In this document: positions 1 to 7,989 of the stretch, piece after piece
How positions within the stretch are numbered: position 1 is the stretch's first letter
How the letters are laid out: each line of letters starts with the position of its first letter
DNA from: Microcystaceae cyanobacterium
Lineage (GTDB): Bacteria; Cyanobacteriota; Cyanobacteriia; Cyanobacteriales; Microcystaceae
NCBI GenBank assembly: GCA_041746575.1
Contig: JBGTGT010000098.1
Span: 64,001-128,000, forward strand
Direction of reading: 5' to 3'
Length of the DNA stretch: 64,000 nucleotides
Notes under the pieces: model-generated
Database searches by the model: none
The model's input: the letters and a program-made list of their open reading frames with translations, nothing else
What the model was told of the DNA's origin: nothing
Position numbers and translations under genes: made by a program

Positions 1-377
1 AGATAAACTTTTAAACTTTCTTTGTTAGAGTTTGATAAAATTTATCAAAAATTAAAATTGGATATAGCGTTTTTTCAGTATTTTCCACAGATCGAAAGTT
101 AAGGACATTTCAAATGCTTAAAGTTTCAGTAAAGATTTTAAAGTGAATTTATTTAACGAATGTTTCTTTAGACGCATTACCTACTCAGTACGTCGTTCAA
201 TTTGCAGCGTAAAGTATACAGTAATTAGAGAGATGGAGAAACAAAAGGAGCTAAAGCTCTTAAAGTCAGATCGGGTACTAATCCCTGATTTGGCTCTAAC
301 ACCTTTCTATTTCCCTAAAAATCCGTTACACTAACAGCCAAACTCAACTTTGGTATTTTTACTTAACCTGTATTTCT

Positions 378-1160
378 ATGAAAAGCCTGTTTATTCCTTT
401 CCTCACGGCGTTTTCCCTTGGTGGTGTTATAAGCGTGTCCACCGCCTCATCCGCTCAAGCGGCCATGATTATTGTTGATTTTGATGTACTGGGAGGAAGT
501 ACCGGCACTAATTGGAACCAAATGTTAGAAAACCAAATATTACTTCCTAATTTAGTAGATGTGACAGGGCAACAAACCGGTTTTATGTTCATGCGAGGTG
601 ATGAAGCATCAACCCCCCCTCCGCCAGCGAGTGAGGCGAGTATCCCCAGTAACGCCATGATTCCCGTAGATAGCCCAATTACGACTGATATTGGGGGTCT
701 TTTCACGGCTACGCGCTTTTCACCTGCCACACCGACCTCCTTTTGGTTCAAAAATCTTGAACCCGGTTCTGAGTACTATGTTTATATTTTTTCCTTTCGC
801 GGTGATCAATACTATAATCAAGTCACCGTTACAACCGAGAATACGCTCCCTGATTACGAGGTTAGCGGCAATAACGTTCTTTATGTTAACGACGAATTAG
901 GCACAAATACCCGAACTCTTTCCAGCTACCGACGAAGAGTCAGAGTATGGACAGAAGGCGAACATACGGGGGAAATTGGTTTCATTTTTAATGTTGGCTC
1001 GAATGCTCCTCCCTTTGACTTTAATGCGGCATGGGCAATTGCCGCCATTGCCATTGAACCCGTCTCTGATATTCCTGAACCCTCTCTGCTCTTGGGATTG
1101 GGCATGATGGGGGGATGGATAGGGTTACAAAACCAAAAAAAACGTAAAAACAAAGTTTAA
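378..1160 (+). CDS. PEP-CTERM sorting domain surface protein
   Basis: Signal peptide ending AQA-A; C-terminal IPEPS, then a hydrophobic helix and basic tail (KKRKNKV). Confidence 0.9.
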   Translation: MKSLFIPFLTAFSLGGVISVSTASSAQAAMIIVDFDVLGGSTGTNWNQMLENQILLPNLVDVTGQQTGFMFMRGDEASTPPPPASEASIPSNAMIPVDSPITTDIGGLFTATRFSPATPTSFWFKNLEPGSEYYVYIFSFRGDQYYNQVTVTTENTLPDYEVSGNNVLYVNDELGTNTRTLSSYRRRVRVWTEGEHTGEIGFIFNVGSNAPPFDFNAAWAIAAIAIEPVSDIPEPSLLLGLGMMGGWIGLQNQKKRKNKV

Positions 1161-1210
1161 TATCTGTTTCAAATCTTAAGTTTTTGTAGGTCATCGAGAC
1201 CATAAACTTC

Positions 1211-1233
1211 TGGGCGCAAACCTGGCACCCCTA
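1211..1233 (-). repeat. REP-like short dispersed repeat
   Basis: Reverse complement taggggtgccaggtttgcgccca matches taggggtgcaaggtttgcgccca at 41338-41360 with one mismatch. Confidence 0.6.
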
Positions 1234-1294
1234 ACATTAATCATGTAACTCATCCTGTCGCAAAACGCTGTAAATGACTTTATCTTAAAAACGC

Positions 1295-1326
1295 AAAAAA
1301 ATAAGTCTGCCGCAAGGCAAACTTAT
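1295..1326 (-). terminator. Intrinsic terminator downstream of curT
   Basis: Minus strand ataagtttgcc-ttgc-ggcagacttat hairpin followed by a T-tract. Confidence 0.75.
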
Positions 1327-1361
1327 CGACCGCTCTGCAAACCAATAATTAAGCAAAGAAA

Positions 1362-1778
1362 CTATTCGTTGCCGAAAATTTGGCTTTTAAAAGCATCAAT
1401 TTCTGTCACTAATTCTTCGCGAGTAGAAGCCTTCCACAGATAACGATAAACAAACCAGATCGTATAACATAGCCCAACTAGCTGTAAAATTGGGGCAAGT
1501 AAGGGAATATCGTCGAGGGCATCAAGAACCGCTAGGGTGACTTTTACACTCACAATCCCCAAGAAAATCAATCCTAGGGTAATAAGGGGTTGTCTATAAC
1601 TATTGAAAAACTGACCAACATAGTCCGGAATTTTGGCCAGCACATCCATAACAGGTTCTACCCATTCTTGCCAAGCGGGGTTCATATCTGGCATTTTTTG
1701 AGTAGAAGAGATGGCGCCGGGGGTATCGCTACTGAGTCCGGTTGCTTTTTCCGTGGTTTTTTCAAAATTGGAATCCAT
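1362..1778 (-). CDS. curT: CAAD-domain thylakoid curvature protein (CURT1-like)
   Basis: VLDALDDIPLLAPILQLVGLCYTIWFVYRYLWKASTREEL is the CAAD/CURT1 signature. Confidence 0.85.
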   Translation of the reverse strand: MDSNFEKTTEKATGLSSDTPGAISSTQKMPDMNPAWQEWVEPVMDVLAKIPDYVGQFFNSYRQPLITLGLIFLGIVSVKVTLAVLDALDDIPLLAPILQLVGLCYTIWFVYRYLWKASTREELVTEIDAFKSQIFGNE

Positions 1779-1946
1779 TGTTAACCTATCCTCAACTTAA
1801 AAGTTTTGAAGCGTGGCAGTCAGTCGCCAAAACTTGCTGATGCTCATCTTATCAGACACTTTCCATCCTAGAACGTTCCTGTTATAGAATTCTACACCGT
1901 TTTGTTTTCTTTATTATTGACTGAGAGGAATTTCGGTTTTTCTTAA

Positions 1947-3167
1947 TTAATGCTGTGCCAATGAGGGCATTTTCCCTTTTAACCCTGTCATCAATTGTAA
2001 GGTAAAACGCTTAAGGGGAGGGATTTGTCGCAGTAAAATCAACCCAAAGCGACGAATCACCATTAACGGTAACCAAGAATTCGAAAAAGTGCGATCTAAT
2101 AAGTCAGTCATCCCCAAAATCACAAAATTTTCCCATTTTCGCCATCGTTCATACCGTTTTAAGACGTTGATATTACCTAAATCTTCCTGATTTTGAGCGG
2201 CTAACCCTAAAACTTGTGCCAAAGCCGCCGCATCCCGAATTCCTAGATTTAGCCCCTGTCCTCCCACTGGGTGACAACAATGAGCGGCATCTCCCACTAA
2301 AGCTAAACGAGGCTTCACATATTGATTACTCTGCATTAATTGTACGGGAAATAAAAAGCGATCGCTCACTAAGTCTACTTTTCCTAAAATTCCCTTCGTT
2401 CGTGTCTGTAATTGCGCTAAAAAGGCATCTTTATCCATTTTATACAAGGTTTGCGCCTCTGCATGGGGGGCAGTCCAGACAATTTGACAGCGATTATCAG
2501 GTAAAGGAAGAATCCCCATGGGGCCAGATTCACAAAATCGTTCAAAGGCAATGTTATTCTGAGGTAAGTAATGTTTAACTGTAAAAGCAACGCAGGATTG
2601 CCAATATTTCCAACCTCTTGTCTGAATATTCGCCCATTGTCGAATGTTGGATTTTGCTCCGTCTGCTCCAATAACTAAGGATGTCTGCAAAATCTGTCGT
2701 TGACCCTCTTTTTCAAAAGTAATCAAGGCTTTATCACTTCGATAGTCAATTTCCATAACTTTAGCGGGGCATATCCAGTGAACATGAGAGTATTGGGCGA
2801 TTTTTCTCTGTAATTCCCCTAAAATGAGCGAATGTTCTCCGACATAGCCTAAATCTTCCGTCCCTAAATCTTGGGTTTCAAACTGTACCGTTTGAGAAAA
2901 ATCAGCGTCTGATAAGGAAATATGATTAAAACGTCCAATTTGTGGTAAAATATTTGACCATACTCCTAATCTGTTTAATATTCTGCCAGAAAGTAATGAT
3001 AAAGCGTAAGCCTGTCGGCGTGAACGTACCTGTTCTAAAGATTGGGATTCAATAATAACAACGTTTAAAAGGGTGTCTTTTAAGGCCACCGCTAAGGTTG
3101 TCCCGACAATGCCACCACCAATAATGGCAAGATCATAATGGGGGGTTATTCCTCGTTTTTGCGTCAT
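1947..3167 (-). CDS. ubiH: FAD-dependent hydroxylase, UbiH/UbiF/COQ6 family
   Basis: GGGIVG Rossmann motif, IGADG, GDAAHCCHPVGGQGLNLGIRD. Confidence 0.85.
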   Translation of the reverse strand: MTQKRGITPHYDLAIIGGGIVGTTLAVALKDTLLNVVIIESQSLEQVRSRRQAYALSLLSGRILNRLGVWSNILPQIGRFNHISLSDADFSQTVQFETQDLGTEDLGYVGEHSLILGELQRKIAQYSHVHWICPAKVMEIDYRSDKALITFEKEGQRQILQTSLVIGADGAKSNIRQWANIQTRGWKYWQSCVAFTVKHYLPQNNIAFERFCESGPMGILPLPDNRCQIVWTAPHAEAQTLYKMDKDAFLAQLQTRTKGILGKVDLVSDRFLFPVQLMQSNQYVKPRLALVGDAAHCCHPVGGQGLNLGIRDAAALAQVLGLAAQNQEDLGNINVLKRYERWRKWENFVILGMTDLLDRTFSNSWLPLMVIRRFGLILLRQIPPLKRFTLQLMTGLKGKMPSLAQH

Positions 3168-3216
3168 TTTCAGTGCAAATTTAATTCGTGGATATTAAAC
3201 GTTATCATTCTCTATT

Positions 3217-3720
3217 TTAGGGGATAAATGGGAGGAGGTCGAATTTTTGACGGATTTCCCACAGGGAGCGATTTAGTAGAGACTCATAATCAAGAAAAGG
3301 ATAATATTTTCTTTTGCCACGGGTTTTCAACCAAACAATCAAAATTTCTGGTATTAATCTCGGCAAAACTAATAAAATTGAAGTATAAAGCCACCATAAC
3401 CCATTCTGCTTAATTAAGTCATTATACATAATATCTATCGCCGGTCCAATCTTAGGATCTTTTCGGACACGGATATAATCGCTGAACTTGAAATCACTCG
3501 TCCAAAATGTTAGAGGTAATCGTTTAATTTCGTCATACATCCCCGTGTCACAAGCTAAGATAACATGGGAAACATCGTGCGCCAACATAATCTGCGCTAA
3601 TTCTGGCGGTAGTTCTCTAGGATCGGTAATATTAGGATTAATCTGGTAAAATTCTTCTAATCCTTGCTGAAGCGTTTGTGTGCTATGTTTGTTTGCGTAC
3701 TGAGGACAAGAACCCATCAT
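3217..3720 (-). CDS. Hypothetical protein with Coq4-like HDxxH...E metal motif
   Basis: AHDVSHVILACDTGMYDE; C-terminal YESLLNRSLWEIRQKF resembles Coq4-like tails. Confidence 0.6.
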   Translation of the reverse strand: MMGSCPQYANKHSTQTLQQGLEEFYQINPNITDPRELPPELAQIMLAHDVSHVILACDTGMYDEIKRLPLTFWTSDFKFSDYIRVRKDPKIGPAIDIMYNDLIKQNGLWWLYTSILLVLPRLIPEILIVWLKTRGKRKYYPFLDYESLLNRSLWEIRQKFDLLPFIP

Positions 3721-3729
3721 CGACTCCCT

Positions 3730-3757
3730 ATTTACGATACGATACTGTTTCGTAAAT
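3730..3757. promoter_or_regulatory. Probable TetR operator between divergent genes
   Basis: Imperfect palindrome ATTTACGATAC-gatact-GTTTCGTAAAT in the 50-bp divergent gap. Confidence 0.7.
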
Positions 3758-3770
3758 TATCATAACACTT

Positions 3771-4358
3771 ATGAGTAAGAATAAACACAAATCATCAGGA
3801 AGGCCTCGTAGTATTCAGTCTCATACAGCTATATTAAAGGCAACTTTGGCATTATTAGAGGAAGTTGGCTTTGAAACCATGAGTATTGAAGCCATTGCCA
3901 AGCGTGCAGGTGTGGGAAAAACGACAATTTATCGGCGTTACCGCAGTAAAGAAGAATTGGTGGTCGATGCGATTGAAAGCATAAGATTAGATGTGGTAAT
4001 TCCTAATACGGGTAATTTTTGGCGTGATATTGATGAATTGCTTGAAAATGCGGCACAGATTACCCTCAACTCTCTAGGACGGCAAACAGTAGCGATGATT
4101 GTTAGTAGTGCTTCCAGTAATGCTCAATTTGCGCAAATTTATTGGACAAAATATTTACAACCTCGACGAGAGGCGTTTGCAATTGTTATCGAACGAGGGA
4201 AAATGAGAAAGGAAATTAAGCCAAATCTAGATGCTGGTTTAATATTTGATACGATGAGTGGCATTATGCTTTATAGCCTTATTTTTCCCCCTGAAAACGA
4301 AACTTGGGTAAACTATGTTCGGCGAGCATTACATTTGCTAGTTCCAACCGATCACTAA
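3771..4358 (+). CDS. TetR/AcrR family transcriptional regulator
   Basis: GRPRS...SIEAIAKRAGVGKTTIYRRYRSKEEL helix-turn-helix. Confidence 0.95.
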   Translation: MSKNKHKSSGRPRSIQSHTAILKATLALLEEVGFETMSIEAIAKRAGVGKTTIYRRYRSKEELVVDAIESIRLDVVIPNTGNFWRDIDELLENAAQITLNSLGRQTVAMIVSSASSNAQFAQIYWTKYLQPRREAFAIVIERGKMRKEIKPNLDAGLIFDTMSGIMLYSLIFPPENETWVNYVRRALHLLVPTDH

Positions 4359-4500
4359 AATTTTATCTTATAAATTTAATAGAGTTATATTTGTATTTTA
4401 AATTTCTAAATCAATTTTTTTGAGTCTGAATTTTAGGCAAAATAAAGCTAAAAACCGCAAAATATCGAAATTCAATACTTGACAAAAGAACGAAGAAATA

Positions 4501-4536
4501 GGCTTGACAAGCCCATACTACTAATCTTATGATAAG
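4501..4536 (+). promoter_or_regulatory. Sigma70-type promoter overlapped by short palindromes
   Basis: TTGACA (4504)-N18-TATGAT (4528); GGCTTG-A-CAAGCC spans the -35 and CTTAT-G-ATAAG spans the -10. Confidence 0.5.
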
Positions 4537-4647
4537 TAAAGTAATAAGGATCATGCTGGGGTTTTAGTGCTAAATTTTCCATCAGTTGAGAAAAAAGCTA
4601 ATCCCAAAAGCGATCGCTTCACCTCAAAACATTAATTCTCCAAACTG

Positions 4648-5124
4648 ATGACCCTGCAAAACTTATATGAAAAAGATTTTCAAGAATGGGTAACTCAAAC
4701 CATTCAAAAATTACAACAAAAAGAGTTTAATTCCCTTGACATTGAACATTTAATTGAGAAATTGCAGGACTTAGGAAAACCAGAAAAAAGAGCATTAGAA
4801 AGTAACTTGATGATTTTATTAGCCCATTTGTTGAAATTAAGAATCCAAAATGATGTCCCTGAAACGATAAAAGATAGCTGGTATCGCTCGATTATTGAAC
4901 ATCGTCAACGGATTGATAAACAATTACGAGACACCCCTTCTCTTAAATCCTATTTAAAATTAGCCATTGACAAAACCTATGCTGATGGACGAAAGTTAGC
5001 CATTAAGGCAGGAAAATTGGCAAGTTTTGGTATTCGTATTCCGCAAAAAACAGAATATTCATTAAGCTGCCCTTTTACCCTTGAGCAAGTTTTAGATGAT
5101 GATTTTTATGGGATTGAGGATTAG
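4648..5124 (+). CDS. DUF29 family protein
   Basis: LYEKDFQEW...LDIEHLIE...LLAHLLKL...SW...EHR...PSLK...CPFTLEQVLDDDF. Confidence 0.9.
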   Translation: MTLQNLYEKDFQEWVTQTIQKLQQKEFNSLDIEHLIEKLQDLGKPEKRALESNLMILLAHLLKLRIQNDVPETIKDSWYRSIIEHRQRIDKQLRDTPSLKSYLKLAIDKTYADGRKLAIKAGKLASFGIRIPQKTEYSLSCPFTLEQVLDDDFYGIED

Positions 5125-5237
5125 GGAATAGTATATTTGAACAAAAGATTTTTAATTGTTTCTTGCCTACGCTAACATAAAAAGGTAATTTTTTGCATTG
5201 ACTCACCCTACAATAATTATAACTTAGTGACCGAATA

Positions 5238-5705
5238 ATGGAAACCAATCGGTTAACGCATCATTCTCTCAGAGAGCTTTATCAAACTGATGATTTAGCT
5301 TGGTATGAAATTACCTTAAAAGCTATCCAATCTCATCACTTAGAAGAGTTAGATTTAGAAAGTTTAGCTGAGGTATTAGAAAACTTGGTTAGAGATAAAA
5401 AACGCAGTGGTGCAAGTTTTTTAGAACAACTCGTTTGCCATTTACTTCTCATTGAATATTGGGAGACAGAAAGAGATTATAATTACCGTTATTGGGCAAG
5501 TGAAATTGTCAACTTTCGAAACCAATTAGAGATAGATATGACCTCTAATTTATATCAATATCTTGAGAAAGACCTTGATAAAATTTATCAACGTGCTGTC
5601 AAATATGTAATTGTTAAAACAGGTTTGACAAAAGAAAGTTTTCCGACAAAATGCTCTTATAATATCAAACAGTTAATAGATAGTGATTGGCTACCTTATC
5701 AATAA
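5238..5705 (+). CDS. DUF29 family protein
   Basis: LYQTDDLAW...HLLLIEYW...WASEIVNFR...FPTKCSY...LIDSDWLP. Confidence 0.88.
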   Translation: METNRLTHHSLRELYQTDDLAWYEITLKAIQSHHLEELDLESLAEVLENLVRDKKRSGASFLEQLVCHLLLIEYWETERDYNYRYWASEIVNFRNQLEIDMTSNLYQYLEKDLDKIYQRAVKYVIVKTGLTKESFPTKCSYNIKQLIDSDWLPYQ

Positions 5706-5798
5706 TTTATTGATTGAGCTTATAAACCTCTGCCAAAAGCAAACGTTGAAAAGATAACGATTTTCTAAATTATCCTTACTCTTTCAGGATTTTCTTTA

Positions 5799-6296
5799 CT
5801 ACCTTTTATCTTCTTTTGTTGCAAAACGTCGTTTTTGAAACCAATCTTGTAATAATTGACGACAGGCATTTTCTTCAATCCCCATTATTACTGATAAACG
5901 ATGATTGGAGCAATCACTATCAGGTAGATTAAGGACTGTGCGAATTGCTCCTGTTTTGGGATCATCTACGCCATAAACCAAGGACTTTAGACGGGCATGA
6001 ATAATTGCACCTGCACACATTGGACAGGGTTCTAACGTAGCATAGAGAGTACAATTGGTTAAACGCCACGACTGTAAGTGTTGACTCGCCAAACGAATCG
6101 CTAGTAATTCAGCGTGAGCCGTTGGATCTTGGTTAGATTCCTTCTGATTGCCAGATTGAGCGATTAATTGATTATTTTCATCAACAATAACTGCGCCAAT
6201 CGGTATTTCTCCTGTTTCTCCTGATTTTTGACCTAAAATAACCGCCTGTTGCATCCAATAACGATGAATTTCATAAGCCGCTTGAGTAATTTTCAT
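5799..6296 (-). CDS. tadA: tRNA adenosine(34) deaminase
   Basis: EIPIGAV, DPTAHAE, TLEPCPMCAGAI, DPKTGA. Confidence 0.93.
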   Translation of the reverse strand: MKITQAAYEIHRYWMQQAVILGQKSGETGEIPIGAVIVDENNQLIAQSGNQKESNQDPTAHAELLAIRLASQHLQSWRLTNCTLYATLEPCPMCAGAIIHARLKSLVYGVDDPKTGAIRTVLNLPDSDCSNHRLSVIMGIEENACRQLLQDWFQKRRFATKEDKR

Positions 6297-6387
6297 TTAA
6301 GTCAATGGTCGAAAAAGAGAGCAGAAAACATTTTAGTAATTCGTGGATGCTCCCTATCTTCTCCTTAGCCCATTTTTCCATCCAATT

Positions 6388-7209
6388 CTAGAAAAAACGA
6401 TGTTGTAGTGCGGGCATCTGTTGACGAACTTGCTTGAGACGAGTGGGGCTAATTTCGCCGATCGCCACCCCCGGTTTTTCGCCAGCATCATCCATAATCA
6501 CGCCCCAAGGGTCAATAATCATAGCATGGCCGTGAGTATAGCGTCTTTCATAATGATTTCCGGTTTGAGCAGGAGCAATCACATAACAAGTATTTTCAAT
6601 CGCCCTCGCTTGTAAAAGAACTTTCCAGTGATCTTTACCTGTAAAAGCCGTAAAAGCCGCGGGAATGAAGAGAATTTCTGCGCCGTTTTGGGAAAGATAG
6701 CGATATAATTCAGGAAAACGGACATCATAACAAATAGATATACCGACTTTGCCCAACGTATCCGAGGCATAGATAGGCGGAAAAGCTTGACCGGCCATAA
6801 CCGTGCTAGACTCGCAATAGGTATTACCATCAGGAACATCTACATCAAAAAGATGAACTTTCTGGTATCTTGCGACTTCTAAGCCACTGGGATTAATCAT
6901 TAAGGCAGTATTGTAGGCTTTGCCTTCTTCTCCTCCGACTGAAACCGGATAGCCCCCCCCTAGAAGGGTAACTTGAAAACGCTGTGCCATGGTAATCAGA
7001 AATTTCTCCGCTTTCTGACTAATCTCATCGGCTATTTTCAGCTTATCTTCTTCATGTCCTAAAAACGCAAAGTTTTCGGGCAGACCGACTAATTCAGCCC
7101 CTCGACGGGCGGCTAAATCGATTAATTCTTCAGCTTGCTTGAGATTTTTCTCTAAATCAGGCTGACTGGTCATTTGGATGGCGGCAGCGAGGTAAGATTT
7201 CATATTCAA
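6388..7209 (-). CDS. Carbon-nitrogen hydrolase (Nit1 / deaminated-glutathione amidase-like)
   Basis: LPENF, YQKVHLFD, ICYDVRFPE (E-K-C triad), PAAFT, ARAIEN. Confidence 0.92.
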   Translation of the reverse strand: MNMKSYLAAAIQMTSQPDLEKNLKQAEELIDLAARRGAELVGLPENFAFLGHEEDKLKIADEISQKAEKFLITMAQRFQVTLLGGGYPVSVGGEEGKAYNTALMINPSGLEVARYQKVHLFDVDVPDGNTYCESSTVMAGQAFPPIYASDTLGKVGISICYDVRFPELYRYLSQNGAEILFIPAAFTAFTGKDHWKVLLQARAIENTCYVIAPAQTGNHYERRYTHGHAMIIDPWGVIMDDAGEKPGVAIGEISPTRLKQVRQQMPALQHRFF

Positions 7210-7282
7210 GGTTCAATGTGAAGAGAAAGAGGAATTGTTCCCGTTAATCATCGCTTTATTGTACCATTGCTGACGTTACCTT

Positions 7283-7813
7283 TTAAATATCAAAATAGTA
7301 ACGAACTGCTCCAGATTCGGGATCATTATCAACATGGGCTAATCCTTTTCTGATAGCTTGTTTGAGTAACTCTTCCACTTTATCTTGGGACATTTGTAGG
7401 GATATCATTGCTTGCCCCAAAGATAACACATTTTTATTTTCTGAGGCCGTTTGTAATAGTTGAATCATCGGTTCATCAGAGACAGATTTATTTTTAGGCG
7501 GAGTCGAGGTTGGGAAAGAATCGGTCATACTTTGAGAAACAAAGCCAATTAAAGCATCATTGCGGGCTTTTTCTAGAAAGTGACGATTGCGTTGATCCAC
7601 CATCGACGAAATAAAAAATACATCCAAGATTTGACCAATATAAAAGAAACCTAACGTGAAAAAATAAAGCGTTCCACTGACGGGTTTTCCTGCGTAAAAA
7701 CGATGAAGACCGTGTATCGGCATCACAAAAGCGAGTGCCCATAGCAAGTAGGCTGTTCCTTTATTGATTTCAGGGGGTTGTCTAACCATTCTCTTATCCC
7801 GTAGCGGTTTCAT
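7283..7813 (-). CDS. TM2/NINE domain membrane protein
   Basis: AYLLW...GLHRFYAGKPVSGTLYFFTLGFFYIGQILD. Confidence 0.85.
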   Translation of the reverse strand: MKPLRDKRMVRQPPEINKGTAYLLWALAFVMPIHGLHRFYAGKPVSGTLYFFTLGFFYIGQILDVFFISSMVDQRNRHFLEKARNDALIGFVSQSMTDSFPTSTPPKNKSVSDEPMIQLLQTASENKNVLSLGQAMISLQMSQDKVEELLKQAIRKGLAHVDNDPESGAVRYYFDI

Positions 7814-7989
7814 AGGACATCTTCATTATTATTATAGACGAAGAATTTTTCGATCAAGGGTAGGAGTAACCGCTTATCAATTGGGTGAATTCTTTTAAAA
7901 TAGGGATTAGGTGTTGAGGGGTTACGGTTTTTGTTTCCTTGACAGCATTTCTCTGTTTACCGATTTTATCGAAAAAAAATCTGCACTAT

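Noticed and set aside
143..334. 63-aa ORF upstream of the first PEP-CTERM gene
   Set aside because: GTG start, no Shine-Dalgarno or recognisable motif; more likely promoter/UTR
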